Below the pieces are notes generated by a model. It saw nothing but the letters and a program-made list of their open reading frames with translations. It made no database searches and had not been told where the DNA came from. Shown here in pieces: positions 10,532 through 20,476 of a stretch of 64,000 nucleotides of DNA. The DNA lies in NCBI GenBank assembly GCA_963677495.2, contig CAXXOU010000001.1, forward strand, positions 448,001 to 512,000, read 5' to 3'. A program made the position numbers and the translations under genes. Each line of letters opens with the position of its first letter. Within the stretch, counting starts at the first letter, position 1. This stretch comes from Candidatus Cloacimonadales bacterium. Its GTDB lineage: Bacteria; Cloacimonadota; Cloacimonadia; Cloacimonadales; JAFGVF01.

Positions 10532-11012
10532 GAAAGTATTAAAGAGACTACATAATGGAGATTCTCAAGATAAGAGAGTCTTAAAGCATCTTGAAAACTG
10601 TGATGAATGCAAAGCAATGGCAGATTTACTAGACTTAGCCAAAGCAAGCATGAAAGAGTCAGCCCATGATAAAGACAACAGGTCACTTCAGATGGCATTG
10701 GCAACTATGCGAGAAATGGAGAATCCGACGCTCGTCGAGAGAGTCAAGGAACTCGTCCTCCACCCTATCCCGGCCTACCAAGTAGCTGTTGTGATGCTAC
10801 TCCTCTTCATAGGCACTTTTATCGGGACCAGAACAACCCACATCTCCCCCATCGCAAAAACATCATACACTAAACAACCTAATGCAGAGATTATAGTTCC
10901 AACCAACACTACATCTCAACTCTCCTCCTGGCAGCAATCAGGTCCTAATATAGGTGTTTCCAACCAAGAGGATAGCCTCCTTGTTTTGGTTAGAGAGATT
11001 GTGAATAAGTGA
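10521..11012 (+). CDS. Zinc-finger (ZAS) transmembrane anti-sigma factor
   Basis: HLENCDEC (HxxxCxxC); one TM helix; RBS GGAGG; overlaps the sigma gene. Confidence 0.8.
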   Translation: MKCKKVLKRLHNGDSQDKRVLKHLENCDECKAMADLLDLAKASMKESAHDKDNRSLQMALATMREMENPTLVERVKELVLHPIPAYQVAVVMLLLFIGTFIGTRTTHISPIAKTSYTKQPNAEIIVPTNTTSQLSSWQQSGPNIGVSNQEDSLLVLVREIVNK

Positions 11013-11023
11013 TTTTTGCATTA

Positions 11024-11075
11024 CCTCTCCACTTTGGGGAGAGGTCGACACCCTAAATGGGTGTCGGGTGAGGGG
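11024..11075. repeat. GC-rich double-hairpin REP-like element between convergent genes
   Basis: CCTCTCC-N7-GGAGAGG, then CGACACCC-taaat-GGGTGTCG, then GGTGAGGGG. Confidence 0.65.
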
Positions 11076-11133
11076 TATATAATAGATTATGCAATTATCT
11101 CCTTCAAAATGAGATTTAAGAGAAAACTACTTC

Positions 11134-13086
11134 TTAGATCTTCACGCGATTCTTCACATTTTCATCAAAAAGGCATAAGTCATCATTAATCTTGATTATT
11201 ACTAGAATCATAATTTTTAGAAATACTATGTAATGCATTAAATGTTCTTCCTCTGCTACTAATCCACTAGGTTGTGTTCCATGCGAATATTTATTTCTTA
11301 AATCTAATGAATTATTGAAAGTAGATTTGTTTAAATGATAGTTTAAATAATCTTGCTCTGGTTTCGAAAAAAGGCTTGATTCAAAAACTACAAGATCCTT
11401 GATTACAAGGTCTTCAACAATCTTTCTCAGCCTTTTGGGAAGTCTCCAATAACTAATACACTGCATGTAGTATAATTCTTTGAGAATCCAAACACTATCA
11501 TTATTAACCCAAGCAATACAATCATCAACAATTTTTACAATATTGTTTTTTCTTAAGTACTCAAGATTAGGCTGCTCATATTCAGGATAATCACTTAACA
11601 AGATTTTATTATTGTTAATCAACTCATAGAAGTTATGATAACTAACGTCAATTCTATCAACATGTGCAAGCATGCATTGATCTGAGAATAGAAGAAATGA
11701 AATATCATTAATAAGCTGACCAGTGGCATAAACATATTTGTTTTCAAGTAAACTTTTACAATTTTTTAGAAGTAAGTGTTCTGAAGTTATCTGCAATAGG
11801 TTATGATCAATAGTTGTATCCTCAACAAACAAGTTATATTGTTTCAACACACTTTCTATCTCAGGTAATATTGCTCTACACTTTTCTAGATAAGTTGAAT
11901 TTTCTGATGGCATTGTTAGCCTAAAATCTTCAATATTGAATTCATCTAACAAGTATTTCTCAAAAAACCAACTCATTATATCTTCAAGGTGTATCTTCTC
12001 TTCGTTTAGTATGTCTCTATATGCTTTCAATTGTGTTGTAGAAGTCATATCTTTCATACGAAACACCATACCAAAGTTGTATGAGTTTTTTGCATTACCT
12101 GTTATCATCTTCTCCATTATTCCCATTTCATCAGGTAAACTTACGAGAGTTACCCTCATCTGAAGGTCAGTGTACTCAAATAGATAAATGAAATTGTTAA
12201 GAAGAGTGTTGAAATCAAGGTTTTCTTTTATCCATCTTATGTCATAAGTAAATGTTGTTGTATTTCCATCAATATTAATTGTTGCATATTCATCATGTTC
12301 ACAAAAGTACAGTTTACATCCAAATCTAGCTGAATTCTCTTTGCTAAAGATTTCTCGTTCAATCTCTTCTGTCCTTTTAATTGATAGATACTTAGTTTTA
12401 TCTGATAAAGTTATAGCATCTTTCTTGCTCATTATATTGTTGATTAATCTTAGTGTATTTAGGTTTGGCTTCTTAGAAGAAATATATCTTTTGATTAGTT
12501 CTTCTTTATCCATATTACTAAGTGATGCAGGTAAAAATATCTCAATTTTATTATCTGAGTGAGTTTCGAAATGTGTAACTAGAAGTTCTGCATTAGATTC
12601 TTCCTTCAATATAAAATCTCGAATTAAAGAATCATACTTACGTACAATATTCTTGCACCTCAAGATATATCTTATTGGTGGATTATTCTCTAACAATGCT
12701 ATCAGCCCATCTTCTCCAAGTCTATCGAGGGTTTTATACTTTTCTAAGATTACCCAAAAGTCTTCCTTATAGTAATAATCCAAAATAGCGTAACTTGAAG
12801 CTAGTTCTACAGAAGTTATAGTACTAAAGAATTTTCCAATCTTTCTCTTTAACAATATAACAGATGACTCCAAGAAAGTCTTTGTATCTTCATTCCATAC
12901 TTTCAAGAATACACGATTATCTATAAATCGTGAGATGTTATAAAATTCAATAACATCCACAATGGAGTAGTTATTATTTGCATCAAAAGATCTTACAACA
13001 TCTAATAATCTTTTCAGATAGGATCCACAAGATAAATCAGTAGCTGAATAAAACTTAACTCTTTCACGTCTATTTCTTTTGCCCAT
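11134..13086 (-). CDS. Hypothetical helical protein with a C-terminal HEPN-like RxxxxH motif
   Basis: 650-aa ORF; LDLRNKYSHG near the C-terminus followed by an amphipathic helix; no signal peptide. Confidence 0.6.
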   Translation of the reverse strand: MGKRNRRERVKFYSATDLSCGSYLKRLLDVVRSFDANNNYSIVDVIEFYNISRFIDNRVFLKVWNEDTKTFLESSVILLKRKIGKFFSTITSVELASSYAILDYYYKEDFWVILEKYKTLDRLGEDGLIALLENNPPIRYILRCKNIVRKYDSLIRDFILKEESNAELLVTHFETHSDNKIEIFLPASLSNMDKEELIKRYISSKKPNLNTLRLINNIMSKKDAITLSDKTKYLSIKRTEEIEREIFSKENSARFGCKLYFCEHDEYATINIDGNTTTFTYDIRWIKENLDFNTLLNNFIYLFEYTDLQMRVTLVSLPDEMGIMEKMITGNAKNSYNFGMVFRMKDMTSTTQLKAYRDILNEEKIHLEDIMSWFFEKYLLDEFNIEDFRLTMPSENSTYLEKCRAILPEIESVLKQYNLFVEDTTIDHNLLQITSEHLLLKNCKSLLENKYVYATGQLINDISFLLFSDQCMLAHVDRIDVSYHNFYELINNNKILLSDYPEYEQPNLEYLRKNNIVKIVDDCIAWVNNDSVWILKELYYMQCISYWRLPKRLRKIVEDLVIKDLVVFESSLFSKPEQDYLNYHLNKSTFNNSLDLRNKYSHGTQPSGLVAEEEHLMHYIVFLKIMILVIIKINDDLCLFDENVKNRVKI

Positions 13087-13179
13087 ATTTCTACCTCTAT
13101 TTTTTATATCAAGTTTAGGTTAATTCTTGTCAAACAATTAATTAATCCATAAAGCTTTAACTAATCAGGGAAAACAAGT

Positions 13180-13242
13180 AGCATACAGCATACAGCATAC
13201 AGCATACAGCCTATAGCTTATAGCTTATAGCTTATAGCTTTT
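13180..13242. repeat. Heptamer tandem repeat, 9 units
   Basis: (AGCATAC)x4, AGCCTAT, (AGCTTAT)x3, AGCTTTT. Confidence 0.95.
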
Positions 13243-13270
13243 TCACTTCCCCCTCATTGCTCCCTTACAA

Positions 13271-13368
13271 CTCTTGGCAGACACTTGGTAAACACTTGGC
13301 CATTTCTTGGCCAATCCTTGGCCTAATTGCTAAGAATTTGACAGGTTATTGCCAAGATTAGCACAATT
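13271..13368. repeat. 11-bp-period fold-back array A (core CTTGG/CCAAG)
   Basis: CTTGG at 13273, 13284, 13295, 13306 and 13317; complementary-like CTAAG, ACAGG, CCAAG at 13330, 13341 and 13352. Confidence 0.85.
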
Positions 13369-13595
13369 TGATATCACTCATTTATGCGGAGAGAAGAGGG
13401 AGATGAGAGTGGATGGAGTCTGGTATAAGTAGATGATTCACTTCACAGAATCAAAAAGGTATAATATAGTTAAGTTATCTTAAAAGGAACTGTGTATGTC
13501 ATTTTAGACAGAGTGAGCGTAATGCAATAAGTTCACGAAGCCGAATCACCTATGTGTAGTTTTGAAACTAAATGATAGCACTATAAATCTAGAGG

Positions 13596-14636
13596 TTATT
13601 GTATAACATTTTTGAGTAGGTTTTCTATCGACTCACCTATTATCTCACCTGAATGAATATGATAACCTCCTGAAAGCACCATAAGTATTGGGATCTTGTT
13701 CTCAATAGCTTTCGTGAACACTATCTCATCCCTTTCGATGATACCTTCTTTTGAGACATTGAGTCGACCTAAAGGATCATGTTCATAAATGTCTGTTCCT
13801 GCATTATAGACAATCAGTTCGGGATTATGTTCATCAATAAGTTTATCTGTCCAGTCTCTAACAAGCTGCAGATATGGTTCCGTATCTGTCCTTTGTTCTA
13901 TAGGTACATCATGGCTAAGAAGCTCTTCGGCAGGTTTGTCATCGGGATAGTTCCGGGAATTGTAAATATCTAATATTGCCACACGATCATCATTTCCCAG
14001 TATCATAGAGAAACCGTTTCCCTGATGAGCATCCAGGTCAATGATAGCAACTCTTAAAGATTCGTTTTTTTGCCATATCTTCTTCAAAGCGATTGGGACA
14101 TCAGAATACACACAGAATCCTTCACCATTAGAGCTTTTGGCATGATGATACCCTCCGGATAAGTTTATCGCCCATCCCTTTTCAAGAGCTAATTGAGCCC
14201 CAAGAATAGTTCCTCCGGTAGCATATTTCATCGGTTTTAACATTCCATTCCTGAGTACAAAGTTCGGTAGCATTCTCAGAGGATGTATCTCTGCTATATG
14301 AGATATAGTTTTTGATGAGTTAAGACTTTCAAGATACTCAGGAGTATGCACTAGCAGTAACTCCTCATTAGTTACATAATGTGGCTTGATAAAATCCCTC
14401 TTATTAATACCGCAATTCTTAGTAAGATGCTTTGCAACCCGTTTATATTTCTTAGTATCGAAAGGATGAAAGTTCTCAATCCCAAGAATGGATATATTAT
14501 ATTCAGGTGAGTAAATAATTGGAAGCTTCTCTTCAATCTCAGTAGATTGCCTATTTATGCTGCAACCGGCTAAAGTTATAATTATTAGAGTAATAAATAA
14601 GCCGAATGTGTATCTTCTGTTTATCTGTTTATTCAT
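13596..14636 (-). CDS. Zn-dependent histone deacetylase family protein, class IV (HDAC11-like), predicted lipoprotein
   Basis: PIIYSPEYNI..HPFD; NLSGGYHHA; GFCVY; DLDAHQGNG; YNAGTD; VLSGGY; N-terminal lipobox LAGC. Confidence 0.88.
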   Translation of the reverse strand: MNKQINRRYTFGLFITLIIITLAGCSINRQSTEIEEKLPIIYSPEYNISILGIENFHPFDTKKYKRVAKHLTKNCGINKRDFIKPHYVTNEELLLVHTPEYLESLNSSKTISHIAEIHPLRMLPNFVLRNGMLKPMKYATGGTILGAQLALEKGWAINLSGGYHHAKSSNGEGFCVYSDVPIALKKIWQKNESLRVAIIDLDAHQGNGFSMILGNDDRVAILDIYNSRNYPDDKPAEELLSHDVPIEQRTDTEPYLQLVRDWTDKLIDEHNPELIVYNAGTDIYEHDPLGRLNVSKEGIIERDEIVFTKAIENKIPILMVLSGGYHIHSGEIIGESIENLLKNVIQ

Positions 14637-14908
14637 AAGTCGATGCTATTTATTGTATGGTTTTCTTGCAAGATATAGTTTTTAATATTCAATTGATCAA
14701 CATTACAATGTATTCCGTTCAACCTTGATCGATGTGATAGATTGACCCACACTAGGATCTCCTTAGCCTCTCCTATGAAGTGATAAAACTCTCCACATCG
14801 TGTACATAATTTATTTAACGGTACAAGGGATCCAATTTAAGGTTTCGTTAGAAGAATCAATATAGGACGTATATGGCGTTATAATATTGGAAAAATTGGG
14901 ATAAGATT

Positions 14909-14935
14909 AAAGGAGCATTATCTTGATGCTCCTTT
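14909..14935 (-). terminator. Terminator hairpin after the adhesin gene
   Basis: AAAGGAGCAT-tatcttg-ATGCTCCTTT. Confidence 0.7.
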
Positions 14936-14961
14936 CTAGTTAATCTATATATGGGTTTATT

Positions 14962-17900
14962 CTATTTCATCAAAATCATCTTCTTGGATTTTGTATATGT
15001 CCCGGCTTTAAGCTTATAGAAATAAACCCCGCTGGAGACTTTATCACCCTTATTATCATCTCCATTCCAGAGAACAGAATGTGTTCCTGCATTATAACTG
15101 CCATCTACGATGCGATTGATTTTCTGCCCTCTGATATTATATATATCAATCACAACATCTCTCCTCTCTTTCAAATCAAAGCTGATAGTTGTCTCCGGAT
15201 TGAATGGGTTAGGGTAGTTATTAAGGAGTTTTGTAGTATGTGGGATAGTGTATTGATTGTAATCTTCAGTTATAACTCCGGATACCTCAATATCATCCAG
15301 CATCATGAAGAACGTCTGCTCAGACACACAATGGAAACCTATTCTAATTAATTGATCATAATAGTCATTAAGAGGATATTCATAGTAGTCCCAATATACC
15401 GGTAAATCTAAAGGTGTATCACCGGATATTAAGGTGAAATCATCAGGATTAGTGCTGCCATTGGAAAGTCCTATTTCTAATTGATCAAGTCCAAATTGAT
15501 CAGTGAATGAACGAGATTTAAAGCTTAAGTTCATACCGAGTTCATTGACCTGCATCATTGGAGATATCAACCAATCATCATTTACACCATCTTGGGCACT
15601 AAAGCATGCCAGGTACTTTCTCCACTATAAGCTGTTGCTTCAAGTAAAGGTGGTACTGTACTGTTTGGATTGAAAACAATGTATGACATGGGGCTATGCT
15701 CTCCAGGGAAATCAAGACCATTTACAAAACCAGATGTGTCCTCCCCATCAAGATCAAACATGGTCCAATATGGAATCGATGTTGAAAAGTCATCATAATT
15801 CTCAAAGTTCTCAGCAATCTCAGGTGGATCAACCATAACATATGCAACAGATATTGTATCACTGGGACTGCTTTCATCCATCGGAGCAGAGAAGACTGCT
15901 GTTACGGCGTAATCATAGATTTGACCGTGCACAAATGGTCCCTGATCAAAACAACGTTTGAAGGGTATTGGCTCAGGATTTATAAGTACACTGTCACGAT
16001 ACACGTTATACCCTTCAAGGTTTCTTGTGTCAGATAAGAAGTAATCCCATTCCAGTTCAACTCCTTGATATGTTATCATATATTCTAAGTCATGTGGACT
16101 CGGGCAATCGGGATTCGGAGGTGTATTATCTGAGTAAATCCATAATGTGTAATCATTAGTATCCCATCTTGTATTGTCTATTGAATCTGGGGGATTATCA
16201 CTCTTAGCTATTCTCAGATAGTAGAAACCCATGCCATCAGGGTTAATATTATAAACAATATGAGGGTTTACACCGTCAGTCCAATCATTATCGCTTTGAG
16301 CTATTAACAATGAATCTCCCACGCTCATACCTGTATTCTCGTAAGGACCATATAGCTGAGCTGCAAGATCTACATCTGAGCCTTCAGCGTTCTCAGTATG
16401 AATATCCAACTCTACATTTTCGTAGGACCAAAATACATACCAGTCAACATCTTCTTGCGATTCAATTATCTCCTGATAACCCTCAACATCATAACCCAGT
16501 AGTGACAGTTCAGTTGCATCGGTGGAACTATCATTATTGTCAGGTACATACCCATAACCATGTATTGGTAGTGTAATTGGTTCCGGGTTATGATTATCTG
16601 TTATTGTAAGAGTCGCATACTTATGACCAGATGAAGTTGGGTTAAACTGTACTCCGGCATAAACACGTTCTGCTGGGCTAAGTGTAACAGGATAATTATT
16701 ACCATCAAGTAGTGTAAAATCAGAGCTGTTAATTGAAACAGATTGAATCTCCCAATCTACAGCCATTACATTCTGCATTGTAACCAGCTCAGCTGGTGAA
16801 ACTGAACCGACTGAAACAGCACTGAAATCGATTAATCCCGGCATAACAAATGGTGCACCCGGCATCATACTCATTTCTAACTTGATATTAGGTCTATACG
16901 CTACAAAATCATTAGCTGTGGGTGGATTCATAGGATCTGGATTAGTAGAATCATTATAATAGCATATACTTCTATTCTCTGAGCAAGGAGTACAGTAAAA
17001 GTCATCATTACTGGAAGCATAAGCTACCTCACTCTCTTTTATAGCAATTACAAGATTACTAATATTGTTGTAAGTAAAAGGATCATCAAGTTCGAATTCT
17101 ATCCATCCGTCAGCATGAATAGTAGGCATAGGTCCATCATAAACCTCAGTTAACTGGTCATAAGGTATCCAGCTATCATTTGAGTCGAAGCTACTCATGT
17201 TAGTATGCCCCATATAAATAGTAATATCATTGCAATTGTCTAAAGTTCCACCATTATTGAAGTGATAAGATACGCTCCAAATCTGATGATTTGATAAGTT
17301 TATTTCGGATTGAACGTAGATAGATTGGGAATAGGAATAGCCATAATATGGTTCTATAGGTAGATGCTGATTAACTTCCATCCCATCTCCAATCGTTATC
17401 AAGTCATTGTAAATCATAGTAGTAAAGCTAAAGTCGCAAGTAGCTGTGTCTACATGAGAAGCATTATGTAATTCAATTCTCCAGTAATAAGTAGTATTGT
17501 ATAATAGGTTATTCGTCTCAAAAAAGCCTACATCACCTACAATTCCAGTGAAGTTTCCGCTATCCACTAAAGATGTAGGAGGATAAGTAGTGCCAAGATA
17601 AAGATCATAAGAGTCTGTATAATAACCAAATTCCCACGAGATAGTTGTATTTACAGGAACATCTATTGCTCCATCTTGCGGGAAAGCATTAGTTACCGGT
17701 CCCGGAGGTAGAGGAGGCCACATATTATCAGTTGTGACGTTTAGAACATAACTAGGGTTTTCGGAAATAGCCGAATATTCATCAATGCAGATATAGATAG
17801 TTTCACCGGGTGATAGGTCCAATATAACTTGAGAATCTAGGTAGCCATCAGGTCCATCATCATTAGATGCGATTAGGTTTAGTGATGAGTCATATACAAA

Positions 17901-18149
17901 GAGATAACCATCCCAACCATTATATATAGGATGAATATCTAAATTTGTTATTGTATGTGGAGTATATAACACCCACCATTCATCTCTGTACCTTTCATTG
18001 TTATTATCAGTATTGTCTATTAGGTTTCCACTACCAGAAAATGGTAATCCTGGAATAGGTGTTGCATCAGTACTTGAATTCCCACCTTCTGCAAATATAG
18101 CAATAGATAATTGTACAAGAATTAATAGCAATAACAATCTTTTAATCAT
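14962..18149 (-). pseudogene. Secreted PPC/FN3/cleaved-adhesin/CTD protein split by a 1-nt frameshift (or a sequencing error)
   Basis: Adding one A to the coding GAAAG (TTT at 15617-15619) gives AYSGEKYLACFSAQDGVNDDWLISP. This joins both ORFs and matches the paralog AYSGNKYAAALSS...DNWLIT. Confidence 0.85.
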
Positions 18150-18580
18150 AGGGACCTCCGGAATCTTTTAGTGCATTCCAACATTTTCAATAACATAGAT
18201 TTATTAAGCTCATTAGCATCAGTTAAACAATACAATAATAGTACTTTGCAAACATAGTGTCAATTGCTTTTCATAAAACTTTTATTTTCTATTCAAAATC
18301 GATGACTTTTTGTATACAATGTTTGATGCCTATGTGCTGGTATGTATTTCTTATCTTCCACAAGTTAATCCTTAAAAAACTTGACGGATGATTATAATGC
18401 TAACACTTAAATGGAGTTTTGATTTACTCTCCATATTATGATAATTGGTATAAGAATAATAATTGGATTTATAAGTTGAGAGTCAGATCTACTAGAATCC
18501 AGTTTATATGGTAGTGATATAAGACATGCTCAAGTAGTACTGAGTTTATGTTGTAGAATCTTCGGAAACAAGGAGAAAAA

Positions 18581-19153
18581 GTGATAAATCAATACATAAG
18601 ACAGAACAGAAGCTATCGCAGATTCGAGCAATCAGTTCGCATTGAGGAAGAGCAACTCTTGGATTGGATTAATAATGCGAGATTATCAGGTTCAGCAGCT
18701 AACTTACAACAGATAAGGTACTTCTATACGGTAGAACCTATAATGTGCGAGGAGCTATTCCCAATGACTGCTTGGGCTGGATATTTACCGGATTGGAAAG
18801 GCCCGGAAGAGGGAGAACGACCAACTGGATACATCATTCTTACTGCTCCCAATATGGAAAATAGAATGTTAGGAATAGATGTTGGAATTGCCAGCCAAAG
18901 TATTCTCTTATCAGCAACTGAAGCAGGATTCGGTGGTTGTATGATAGGTGCATTTAATAGAGAAGCTGTTACTTCAATTGTTCCTTTAGCAAAAGCATAT
19001 GTTCCATGGCTTATCATTGCTCTTGGTAAACCAAAAGAATCTGTACACTTGGAAGATATATCGATTCAAGAATCAGTAAAATATTATCGCGATGATCATG
19101 ATGTGCATCATGTACCGAAATTGAAGCTTAGTGAGATAGTTAGAAAGCTGTAG
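18581..19153 (+). CDS. Nitroreductase family protein
   Basis: RSYRRF; LSGSAANLQ; DVGIASQSILLSATEAGFGGCMIG; RBS AGGAG with GTG start. Confidence 0.9.
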   Translation: MINQYIRQNRSYRRFEQSVRIEEEQLLDWINNARLSGSAANLQQIRYFYTVEPIMCEELFPMTAWAGYLPDWKGPEEGERPTGYIILTAPNMENRMLGIDVGIASQSILLSATEAGFGGCMIGAFNREAVTSIVPLAKAYVPWLIIALGKPKESVHLEDISIQESVKYYRDDHDVHHVPKLKLSEIVRKL

Positions 19154-19246
19154 TGAATATCATTCATCACAGATAGTTATTTTTACGACCAATAATCTTT
19201 GACATACTTAATCATTTTCTCTAGTTTATCGCACAAAGGAGTATGT

Positions 19247-19627
19247 ATGGCTATATCATATAAAATATCTGTAATTGGCAACCTAATTAAAGTTGTAGCT
19301 AACGGTTTTGATGATGATTTAGCTACTACAATGAGTTATATTAACAATATTATCGATACAGCAAGAACTAATAAAAGTCGGTTCGTGCTGTGTGACGATA
19401 GAGAGCTCAAATAATCACTTTCGCATCTAGATGACTTTCAGTTAGCTAATTATATCAGCAATTATGCAAAACTAATTGAAAAAGTAGCTATTGTTTGCTC
19501 AGAAGCTTATAAACATGAAAAGATGTTTTACGAAGAAATTGCTGTAGAGGATGGTGCTAAGTTAAAGTTTTTCTTTGATATAGCAGAAGCTGAAAAATGG
19601 GTAGGAGATACAACTAAAGAAGTTTGA
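19247..19627 (+). pseudogene. SpoIIAA/STAS-like small protein with an internal TAA at 19412-19414
   Basis: Reading through the stop gives ELK*SLSHLDDFQLANYI...KVAIVCS...FFFDIAEAEKWV, colinear with the downstream paralog, which has Tyr at that position. Confidence 0.8.
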
Positions 19628-19748
19628 TAGCCAACTGTTAATATGGGAGTTAGTAGTATTAAGAGTTGCTTGATTTATAATCTCAACAGGATTAGTCTTG
19701 TTATCAATACTATTCATGACAGGATAATGATAGTCTAAGGGAGTATTT

Positions 19749-20123
19749 ATGTCATTCGTTTTTGACTTTACACTTGAAGAGGAAGTTCTAATTGTTAGAG
19801 CTGAGGGTATAGATAATTGTTATGAGGATGTTAAACACTACATTGATTCAATCGTGCAAATTGCAAATGCAAATGGAATTACTAATATATTAGTTGATGA
19901 TAGGTTAAGGGTTTATACTCTATCCTATTTGGCCTATAGCAAGTTAGCAAATCATATGAAGAGTTATTCTCAACAATTAGATAAAGTCGTAGTTGTTTGT
20001 TCCTCTGAATATAAGTTCGAAAAGGAATTATTTGAAGGGTATATAACCAAACCAGGAGTTAACTTTAGATTCAGTTTTGATTATGATGAAGCAAAGAACT
20101 GGATAAGGAATGGGGAATTCTAA
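19749..20123 (+). CDS. SpoIIAA/STAS-SEC14-like small protein
   Basis: ILVDDR, KVVVV and F.FDYDEAKNWI pattern; RBS; tandem paralog of the upstream pseudogene. Confidence 0.7.
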   Translation: MSFVFDFTLEEEVLIVRAEGIDNCYEDVKHYIDSIVQIANANGITNILVDDRLRVYTLSYLAYSKLANHMKSYSQQLDKVVVVCSSEYKFEKELFEGYITKPGVNFRFSFDYDEAKNWIRNGEF

Positions 20124-20190
20124 AGTTGGCTTTTCATCAGTAAAGGTTTCAAAGACATGTATATAAATCATTTCTATAAATACTAAAACT

Positions 20191-20376
20191 TACACAGTTC
20201 ATTTTGCAACAACTTACCGCATTTCAGGGAGTTTGTCAGCCTGATAAGGAGAGCGGACTTCCTAAAATGCACTCCGAAGTAACTTTCCCTGATTTCGTTC
20301 TCGCGTCACGCTATCGCTGCAACGCAAGTCCGAGATTGACATACACAGTGCCTTTTACAACAACTTAGCTACATTT
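20191..20376. repeat. Structured cassette flanked by ~35-bp imperfect direct repeats
   Basis: TACACAGT..TTTT.CAACAACTTA..CATTT at 20191 and 20342; internal TCAGGGA/TCCCTGA and CGGACTT/AAGTCCG complementarity. Confidence 0.7.
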
Positions 20377-20476
20377 ATTGTCAATGGCAGTGAGAAATGG
20401 TACACGATGGCAGTGAAAAGTGGTACAAAACTGCCAACCTTTAAAAATGACTACTTCAAGACAGTTTGGAGTAGGT

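Noticed and set aside
14755..14900. Possible decayed 11-bp array (TCTCC at 14758, 14769, 14790)
   Set aside because: Too few units and too degenerate to distinguish from chance.
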